Assembly (NCBI GenBank): GCA_905178155.1
Contig: CAJINV010000002.1
Span: 10,396,146 to 10,460,145, forward strand
DNA from: Amoebophrya sp. A120
Lineage: Eukaryota; Protista; Dinoflagellata
Direction: 5' to 3'
Length of the DNA: 64,000 nucleotides
Positions 55,616 to 64,000 of the stretch are shown here, one piece after another. Position 1 is the stretch's first letter. Each line of letters starts with the position of its first letter. The notes under the pieces are model-generated. The model saw only the letters and a program-made list of their open reading frames with translations. It did no database searches and was not told the origin of the DNA. A program made the position numbers and the translations under genes.

Positions 55616-58326
55616 TTACTGTTTTAGCGCATTGAATCGCTTCATGAGATCATCCAAATCATTTTCCTTCTGCCGTGGTGTTGTACTCTTTTCCGCACTC
55701 CCATCTAAATACTGTGGCTGGTATCCAAGCGTCGCGGGATCAATCGCCATCGACCCGCTTCCGAATCCCTCCGCTGCTGCGGCCGATGGTCCAGCAGGTG
55801 GTGGTGCTTTTTGCGTTAGCACATCGTCGACCGTAGGTGCAGGTGGACCCAACGTTGAAGACGCTTCTTGAAACGGTAGATCCACGGCACTGCCGACGCT
55901 CGGACCGGTGGCTGCGTCCTTGTTGATAATGCTGCTACAACTATGGTTCATCGGTTGTCGCTCCTCTATCAAATGTAAAAATGTCTGGGTCTGGAAGAAT
56001 GCAAGATTTGTGATGCAGGTTTTCCATGACCCATGAGGTCTCGATGCGAGACCCAGCATGACAGATTCTCTCAGGCCTCTATCATGCCTTTCCTGCATGA
56101 GAAACTACCTGTCAACTTGGTCAAAAGCGGACAGCTTTTGGCATTTACGCAACACAGATTTTTGCATCATTTAGATTTAGCATGACAAGTTCCATTCTTC
56201 CAGACCCAGACATTTTTACATTTGATATCCTCCACGTTGGTGTGATTCGGCTCGTAGGGGATTTGAATCGTTTGTCCCGGTTGTGTATCAAATGTAAAAA
56301 TGTCTGGGTCTGGTGGAAGGATGCAACTTGTAATGCGTATTTCAGAACACAGAAAAGTCTCTCATGCAAACGTAGCAAAAGCTGCCCACTTTCTGTCAGC
56401 AAAGTAGGGGACTTGTCATGCGGATTCGGCATTGCGGAAGCTTCTCGAAACCTGTGATGCTAGAGCTTCCATGCCAGACCCTCTGTGTCATGCAAAAACA
56501 GCATGACTCTTTCAGACCCAGACATTTTTACACTTGATATTGTGCGTTTTCCGGCAACACTACAGCGAGCTGCTTGCCACAAGCGGTGTGCACCTGCAAA
56601 ACCATACCAGCACTGTACCCCTATCAAAAGGAAAAATCCCCCCTCCCCATATCAAAACGAAGTTTCTGATGCTGGATTTGCGTACACAAATCCGATTTGT
56701 ATTGCAGGAAAGCACTGCGGTCAGATCCCCAAGCTAGGGAGGGGCGTATGCGTCTAGTTGTTCAGCATGGCAAGCGGCGGCCCTTTAAGCCCAACAGCAT
56801 GACAAAGCGCTTCCATAATGGTGCGGAAGCTTCTGCACTTGTCTTCTTGCAAAACAAACGCGATTTGTGACCTCAAATCAGCAACACAAATTTTCGGAAA
56901 TATGCCTTTTCAATATGGGGAGGGGGGATTTTTCCTCTCAATAACCCCTCGGGGATCACCGCTGTGACGAACGGCTGACTTGCCGGAACGCTTGGCGGAA
57001 TGAAGTCCTGTCCCGAGGAGATATTACTGCTTTGCTTTTGCTCGTTTCCTCCTTGTTGTTGCATCTGCTCGTCGGGTGACGTGGCAGCCGTTGAAGCGAC
57101 CGGCGTTAAAACCACGGTAGCACTGCTCGCAGCCGGCTTCATTTCCACGTTACCTCCTGATAGCAGGTCTGGGGCGTCAAGGGCCGAGAAATTCGTTCCA
57201 GTTGGTGGGAGAGAGTTGTTTGAGGGAACAGCCCCGTTGGCTCCGTTGATGATCAAGCTTCCAGTCGCTGCAGGTTGTAAGTTGACCGCGGCCGGTTGTC
57301 CTCCGAAATGCGGCCCAGGCGGCGCTCCTCCACCTGCTAATGGAAACATCAAGCCAGGCTGCTGCACGATTACCGGCTGCTGAAACTGCTGCGGCTGCAC
57401 CTGCTGTGCGGGGGTCGTTGTATTTGCCGCTTGAGCTGCAGGAGCAGTCATCTGCGCGTCCGCAAATTCCAGCAAGTCCATCGGCTCCGCCTCTCCGCTT
57501 TCCCGTAGCAGTTCCGCGCTCGGCTCCCACGAATCTATCCTGTAGTAGGTCGCCGCGTCTTTCAAGATCGACAGCATCTCGGCGTTGGTAGGTGGGTGTA
57601 CGGATAACAGCTTAATCAAACGCGGGTGAACGTTGATACCCTGCTGTTTCGCCTGCTGCACAAACTCAATCCCGTATTTCGAGTGAAATTGCTGCGTCAC
57701 CTTCTCCAGTTCTTCGACCGGGGCGCGGTTGTTCGCGTAAAGGAGGGAGGAGATCCTGAGTTTGGATATAGCGAGACACCCATCACTGTGCCGCTCGCTC
57801 TGATTCTGAACAAGTTGTGATGCACAAAAATGCATACCTAACAATTCCAATTCACTACATTGTCGCTATTTGTATTGATAGTTTGCGCCTTTTCGATAAA
57901 CTTTCACCGCATCATTCACAGTGTACTGTAGTCGCACTAAAATCAAATGAATGTAACCCGGAAAACAAAGCTAAAATACGGTTGCAACAAATCAGTCGGA
58001 CAGGTCGGCTGCTCTTGGACAAAATTGATCCGTGTGGCCACCAGCTCTGCCATGGTGTCGATCAAATCCAGCGCGTCGCACAGATTGATGTTCTGCAGAA
58101 TCTGCTCCGCTTTTATCTTCGCCCGCGACTCCTGTCCCTCTCGGAGCAAGAGCGCCACCTCTTTCTGCAGCGCTTTGGTCGCCGCCGTGATTTTGTTTCG
58201 CATGATCTTCGCACGGCCACAGGCCATCTTCAATTGGGCTTTCGTGACCGGGGGGTTCAGATTGCCAGTGTAGTTTTTGTCCGGCGGATTCTTGGAAGCC
58301 GAGGACGAAAACCCGAAGAGACCCAT
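55616..58326 (-). CDS. IST1: IST1 (ESCRT-III-associated regulator of Vps4), 5 exons
   Basis: KAQLKMACGRAK…KEVALLLREGQESRAKIKAEQIL…ELVATRI, ISSLLYA, and C-terminal MIM1-like DDLMKRFNALK; GT-AG intron 57756-57979 plus three introner introns; the spliced frame is continuous. Confidence 0.88.
55967..56227. mobile_element. Introner element, family A (261 bp), non-canonical intron in IST1
   Basis: Perfect TIR TATCAAATGTAAAAATGTCTGGGTCTGGAAGAATG; TSD TCCTC at 55962-55966 and 56228-56232; excision gives NVE-E-RQP. Confidence 0.95.
56286..56539. mobile_element. Introner element, family A (254 bp), non-canonical intron in IST1
   Basis: TIR TATCAA(A/G)TGTAAAAATGTCTGGGTCTG; TSD TTGTG at 56281-56285 and 56540-56544; excision gives ENAQ-PGQ. 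Confidence 0.93.
56622..56943. mobile_element. Introner element, family B (322 bp), non-canonical intron in IST1
   Basis: Alignable end to end with 10874-11195; TIR core GGAAAAATCCCCCCTCCCCATAT; TSD ACCCC at 56617-56621 and 56944-56948; excision gives IPEG-Y-SAG. Confidence 0.93.
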
Positions 58327-58859
58327 GATATGTGTTTGTCGTCAAAACAGGAAGAGACTACTAAAGTCGACAGCACGAAGTAACAATGACAACAATTGTG
58401 AAATGAAACACGAAGATAGCGCAAAACAACAAATGGGATTGGAAAAAACTGAAAGCTTGGGGTTGTTTTGATGAGTTTTGCTCAATGAGGTCCTGAAGTA
58501 GATTGAAATTGTTTTTTAATTGACACTAGCGGCGCTTCAAGGCGAATCCATGACAACGACAGTGTGATGAAGCAACACAGTACGGACACTTTCCTTCATT
58601 GATTTCAGTACTTCATTGCAGCTGGACTCTAGAATGCGCTTCATCTCCAATCGCAATCTCCTCGTTTCGAACAGCGGCGACACACATTAAGAAAGGGGTT
58701 TGGCATCAATAGCACGACCATGAGATTCCTGGCTCATGGTGGTTGAACATGGCAGGATACATTCATTTGTAGGCTTTGAAGCGCGAACGAGTGATAGCTT
58801 GTCCTTGTCGTCGGCAACATGTTGAAGATATGCGTATTGAGATACAGGAGATACCAGCG

Positions 58860-61463
58860 TCAACATTTTTCCTTCTCGTCATCAAGAACAGCCAGTGACA
58901 TCTTCACATCCACCCGCGAGCTTGGCGCGGACTTCGAGAGAAATTTCAGGAAGGACAGGGTCTTCTTATCGCGGAGCACGAGCGACAAGGCGTTGTTGCT
59001 AGCTGGAATGTTGAGCAGCGGTCCGTCCTCGGCGTTGTCGAGGTAAACCTCCGCCTTCTCGTCCGTTTCGTCGTCGTCCGCTTCCACGTACGATTCAAAT
59101 CCGCCAACCTCCTCGCTGTCCCAGGGGAATGAGGTGTTTTTCTGATCGTCCACGAGCATGTAGCAGACATCCAACATGTTGTGCGTTCCAATGCAGTGTT
59201 GCAGACTGGCGATGGTGTAGTCAAGGCCGGGACGAAACCTACGAATTTTAGGTGTTGCCTGCTGCGCCAATTTGTCGTTGTCCTCGACCTTTGTCCTCAA
59301 CGGTAACCCAACAATCGCGCGGAGGTAAGCGTGAAAAGCCGGCTGGTTGAACAAGTGGGAGATGATCTGGGTTTGCAGCTGGTCACCCAGTGCAGCGTGG
59401 GGGGTGTTATCGTGCGGTGCTGCGGTACTATTTGCTGGAGCGTTTTTCTTTTTCCGTTTAATATTTTTCATCGACTTCATACTTGTCATCTCGTTCGATA
59501 GTGCACCAGCGTCGTCACCACATGGATTTTTCATAGCTGCAGCACTTCTATGGTCGTACTGCATGTAGCGCTGCAAGAAGCTGGGCCCAACGGTGCTCCA
59601 CCCGTCTTGTTCCCCTGCGGTGTAGGAGACGGCTTTGTCGAAATTCGTCACCCCGTCCACTTCATCCGCCTTTCGCATCAAATCCAGAAACATTCCGCTG
59701 ATTTCGGGCTTCAAAAAGCTCGTGAGCATCACTTCGGAATTCTCCTTGAAGTACTGCCGCAGTTGGAACATGCCTCTCTTCGTCAAATACTCCGGGTGAA
59801 TAAAATTACCGAGATGCTTCCTGGTGTTTTCGATCAGTTGATCGTCGAAGTCGTCCTCGTCCACGACACTGTCTTCGGACGACGAGGAAGGCTCTTCTTC
59901 CTCCTCCTCTTCAAGGAGCTCTTCGTCAACTTCGCTTGTTCTATCGCCACTTTCGATTCGTTGCTGCGCTGCCGCGACCTCCCTTTCCTCTGCTTTTTTC
60001 TTCTTTAGATGTTCCGCCAGCATGCTATTGCTGGTCTTCCTCGTGCCAAACCCGCTAGCGGTCGTCGCGTTTTCTTTCTGCCTCTTGGCGGCAGTAGTTG
60101 CCAGTTCTACTTCGGCAACCACCGCAGCGTGCTCTGCCTCTGTCTTCTCTGCGTCCGCGCCGCCAACTAACTGCTGTAAGGTCGCCTTTTCGTTGCGCAA
60201 AGCGTAGCTGTAGGTGTGTCGGATGTCTGCCACGTGGTACCAACCCTGCAGACTAAGCCGGGTTTTCGCCTCGCTCGTGACCTCCCGGACCGCGTGGTAG
60301 CTTTTCCCCGGTTCCACTCCAAACAAGAGAAAGGTGTTGAAATCCGGGAACAGCTCGGCACACGGCTTCGGATCCGACTCCGTGTAGAACTCCATGCCAC
60401 CGCCAAATTCCGCCTGCCACGGGGTGTCCGGCTCGTCTAGGTAGAGGACAAACGTGATCTTCCGCGTCGAAATCACATCGTCATGACACATCAAGTGGCA
60501 TCCTTGTGTGTACGCCTGGGCGGACATGTCAACGCGTTCGGTCAGAACCTCCTCCTCGCTGAGACCCAGCATCCTTTGCAGGCGTGTGCGAAAGGCCTGC
60601 GAGTACAGAAGCTCAGAAAGCGCTTTCAGGTTCGGAAGGTGCTTGGGTGGCACTGGTCGGGAACTGTCGGGCTCTTGTTCCGCAGCGCCGGCTGTAGTTT
60701 GTTCATCGGTTGTATTAACACGACTAGGAACAGCGGCGGCCTGGGCCTTCTTTCGTCCCTTCTTTGCTTTCTTCCTCGGCGGGTCTGCGGACGTTTCTTG
60801 TAGGTCCTTTTGGGATACTTTTGCCGCATTCGATGCAGCGGCTTCTGCTTCGCGAAACAAGCTGGCCAAATCTCCCGTTTGGTGGAATTTGAACAAGTCT
60901 GTCTCCTTTGGTTTCACATCCAGATTCGTGATCAGTTCCTGTCGCAAATCTTCACAGAAGCGTTTGTTCAGGAACCCGTCAAACACCAGGTGCCGGAAGG
61001 GCTCGGCGCTGTTGAACTTGTCGCTGAGCTGACTTGCGCTCGTGTCTGCGAGCTTGCTTGCGTTTTTCTTTTGGAAGTTGTCGGTCCAATCCTGCTGGGT
61101 CACACATTTCTTCAACGTCCGTACGAGGGCGTGGTCTTCTGCAATCAGAGGCTTAGGTTGCATCTTCGCAGAGTCGTCGTAAAAATTTTTTGCTCCCGGC
61201 GTGTCTTCGACATTCGCTCGCGCAGTCCCCGCTTGTTGCGTGTCTGGCCGTACTGCCTCGGCAACAAGCTTTCTTTTCATCACTTTCTGCTTCTTCATCG
61301 TTGCAAATTTTCTACTTAACCACAATAGAAACGAAATGGAGTGAAGCGAGTCAGAATCAGAATCAGAGTCTCGTAGATCTGCATAGCACGTCGAAGTCAG
61401 AGTCTCGTCGAAATACGTTCCTGGTCGAAAAATGTAGCGTGAATATGACACAGACATGTCCAT
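58860..61463 (-). CDS. OGFOD1: Prolyl 3-hydroxylase OGFOD1/Tpa1 (tandem 2OG-Fe(II) dioxygenase domains); true start may be the MKKQKV ATG at ~61298
   Basis: PFRHLVFDGFL, KETDLFKFHQTGDL, CHDDVI (HxD), RKITFVLYL, SYHAV (H), RLSLQGWYH, and second-domain RRFRPGLDYTIA, WDSEEVGGFESY. Confidence 0.9.
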   Translation of the reverse strand: MDMSVSYSRYIFRPGTYFDETLTSTCYADLRDSDSDSDSLHSISFLLWLSRKFATMKKQKVMKRKLVAEAVRPDTQQAGTARANVEDTPGAKNFYDDSAKMQPKPLIAEDHALVRTLKKCVTQQDWTDNFQKKNASKLADTSASQLSDKFNSAEPFRHLVFDGFLNKRFCEDLRQELITNLDVKPKETDLFKFHQTGDLASLFREAEAAASNAAKVSQKDLQETSADPPRKKAKKGRKKAQAAAVPSRVNTTDEQTTAGAAEQEPDSSRPVPPKHLPNLKALSELLYSQAFRTRLQRMLGLSEEEVLTERVDMSAQAYTQGCHLMCHDDVISTRKITFVLYLDEPDTPWQAEFGGGMEFYTESDPKPCAELFPDFNTFLLFGVEPGKSYHAVREVTSEAKTRLSLQGWYHVADIRHTYSYALRNEKATLQQLVGGADAEKTEAEHAAVVAEVELATTAAKRQKENATTASGFGTRKTSNSMLAEHLKKKKAEEREVAAAQQRIESGDRTSEVDEELLEEEEEEEPSSSSEDSVVDEDDFDDQLIENTRKHLGNFIHPEYLTKRGMFQLRQYFKENSEVMLTSFLKPEISGMFLDLMRKADEVDGVTNFDKAVSYTAGEQDGWSTVGPSFLQRYMQYDHRSAAAMKNPCGDDAGALSNEMTSMKSMKNIKRKKKNAPANSTAAPHDNTPHAALGDQLQTQIISHLFNQPAFHAYLRAIVGLPLRTKVEDNDKLAQQATPKIRRFRPGLDYTIASLQHCIGTHNMLDVCYMLVDDQKNTSFPWDSEEVGGFESYVEADDDETDEKAEVYLDNAEDGPLLNIPASNNALSLVLRDKKTLSFLKFLSKSAPSSRVDVKMSLAVLDDEKEKC

Positions 61464-62966
61464 GAATTTTTGAGATCAACGAAGAGCATTTGCCTGCTCA
61501 CACACGGATCTACAAAGATTGATTTTTCTTTATCCTCGTAGATCGAGATCTTTGACATTGATCCTCACCTTTAGTGTCATGAGCTATTTCAAATTGATCT
61601 TCCACCTTGACGGAGCGTTTCGCTACGGAGCAAGTGACGATTCATATTTTGCGACGATTCTTCTCTGGGTCTGGTTGTCTATGTCATCTTCGGAGCCACT
61701 AAGAAAACATGAGCGATCTTCGACTATCGTCCGTATTATGGCCGCCGACGCTACAGCGTGAGTCGTGCCACTGAAAAATTTGATGATCTGATACTGCAAA
61801 ACTCAAAGCGAAACTTCTCATTTTCCACAATTTAGGTCCGTGATGAAAGTCTAATAGTGCGTCATGGAGGATGAAGAAGTTAAGCGGTAGCCCAGTTCTT
61901 TTTACAGTAACAACTAGATAAAACCTACAGCACTGACACCTGTTGACATTTCGCACAAGAAATTTGTTTCAGGTACCAGACAGCTGATTCGCCAAAAGTT
62001 GCGTAAAGAGGCACTGGTGAGTCAGAGTGTCAGAATAGAGACGTCGTTGTAGAAAGAAACAGCTATAGGTGGAGGGCAATTATTTTGTTCCCAAAAAAAT
62101 GTGTATAGTTGTGCAATAAAGAAATACTCACATCTAAAATGCTGCACGCTATGGGTCGTTGTCGTGGTTGTTGAAATAAGCCGGAGTTTCTAGATAAATT
62201 TCCTGTGTCGCTTGGTCGTCATCGATCTCGCTATTAAGGTCAGAGGACTTATTCTTGGAATACTATCATGCCAGAAACTACTGCTGTGTTATTGGCTGCT
62301 AGCGTGCGCTTCCGATGATTGAGCTAGATCCCGGGTTGCTACCTGTGTACATGGAGTTCAAAAAGATGACGACGACATGCCTTGTCCATCTGAACAACAC
62401 GCCGTCATCACCTCTGGAGCAGAGAACCCACCACCTAGAAGCCGCTATACATTCTGTACAAAGTGAACAATGAATCGTACAACAAGACCTGCTAAATAAT
62501 TCGAAACAAGAGAAAGTGCTGAAGTTAGTGTCTGTACCGCCTTGAAAACTTCAAATCATAATCATGTCAAAGAGTAGAAAAAGCATAAAGAGTGATGTGT
62601 TAACATAAAAATGCGTCGCCGTCGTTAGAAGGTGTAGCTGTGTAGCTGCAGAATAGGAAATCATACTCGGTGTAGATCTGTTGTCTGTGCGAGAAAAGCG
62701 ATCGTAATTGTTGAAAGTACAGTAGTGAGCAATTACTGATCGCTTTTACTGCTAGACTTTTGAGGTGTCGTTTTTGTCGTGCTGCGTCGCCAAGCCTAAG
62801 TCGCCGTGTTTCTTGGGAAACACAATACGTCGTGGCACAACTTGTTCTATGGGTCGTCAGTGTCACACTCAATACCTTAAGGTCTTTTAAAAAATGTTTC
62901 AAACAAATTTTGTCTCATCATGACGAAGAATCCCTTCCACATCTCGTGAAAGAAGTTGTGAAGAGT

Positions 62967-63692
62967 TTAATCGTACTCGAGATCGCTGTTGCGACCTCCG
63001 CCGATGAGATCCTGGTGGACCAGGTGACCCGTGTGCTGATCGACCCAAATCCAACGCACCTCCTCCGTCCTCGCGGCGTAGCGCAGCGGCAGGTGGTACT
63101 TCAGGTACCTTTGAGTTGTACGTGTTCTCATATCACTTCGGCCAGATCGAGATCTTTCTTCGTTGTTAAATGCAGCATACAATTCATGCGAACTAGAAAA
63201 TCTGGTTATAAAAAAGTTGCAGAACTAGAACAGGAAAAAAAATATTAATTACCCTGTCATTGGCGGTTTCGCCATAATGTCACGCGCGATGAACTCGTAT
63301 TCTTCTTCCGTCAAACGGCCCCGGCTCCGTTTTGCGCGAAACTGTTTAATTTGAGGAGACAAGTAGAGTGCAAAAGATCATCGAGTCATGTAAGTTTAGG
63401 CACATCGTCGAACAAAATCACGATTCCTAATTTCGTACACCGATGAATTTTGTAATAAATTAAATTTAAGTATTGCATTTTGTATCTATGAATTGTCAAC
63501 TTCAATCGTCATGTGCTGATTTACTTCTGTGTGTTGTACATTTACCTCATTGTCGCTGGTGGAGCCTGAGCTGGGGTCCTCACTTGACTTGTTGTTAGCG
63601 CTGGTCGTTGAAGACTCCGCCGGTGCTTTTTCTGACTCCTTCTTCACTTGCGTGGTGGCCTTCTTGGCCTGCGACGTGATTGAGCGCAACAT
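62967..63692 (-). CDS. Small hypothetical protein, 3 exons
   Basis: GT-AG introns 63342-63545 and 63109-63252 join in frame: …SDNE|FRAKRSRGRLTEEEYEFIARDIMAKPPMTG|YLKYHLPLRYAARTEEVRWIWVDQHTG…; exons GC-rich, introns AT-rich. Confidence 0.65.
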
Positions 63693-64000
63693 ACTGGTTC
63701 CGCTACGTATCTATCTGTAGTTCAAGCAAATGAACTACGAAATTTTTGTGCCTTTCGATTTAAGTGGCACAACAGTCGTGATACTACAATACAAATACTC
63801 GTGCTTGTTCTCGTACCTCTCCGAGCAAAAAAAACTGTAGAAACACTACTGGTAGCTATAAAAACAAAGCAACAAATCAGGAAAATCCAAAAAAAGTCAA
63901 AATATACAAATTTTGTTACACAAGGAAGATACTTATTATTATTTTGGGGTTGAGATTTGAGGATTCGGAACGTGTTGCCGTAACGATTTAGGCTGCATTA

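Overview
Eukaryotic protist DNA. It is most consistent with an alveolate of the Amoebophrya/Syndiniales (dinoflagellate-lineage) type, inferred from strictly one-stranded gene arrangement, short GT-AG introns and TIR/direct-repeat non-canonical introns. Every credible protein-coding gene is on the minus strand: a DBP5/DDX19 DEAD-box helicase, an aldo-keto reductase, SMU1, a ~1950-aa DD3-3-domain/NADPH-oxidase fusion, several large low-complexity or coiled-coil proteins, a Gln/Met-rich coiled-coil protein, lipoate-protein ligase A, IST1, OGFOD1/Tpa1 and a small 3-exon orphan. Two things stand out. (1) Seven 254-322 bp introner elements in three families, with TAT(C)...GATA terminal inverted repeats and 5-bp target-site duplications, sit inside DBP5, SMU1 and IST1. 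Removing each element plus one TSD copy restores the reading frame exactly, and one family does so in both orientations. (2) The oxidase has a DUOX-like topology in which the extracellular peroxidase domain is replaced by a DD3-3 domain. The window also has two apparently unrelated satellites with 144-bp and 146-bp monomers, a 4,532-bp tandem duplication with no visible differences, isolated double hairpins and a 100-N gap. Coordinates were read by eye; no database search was run.
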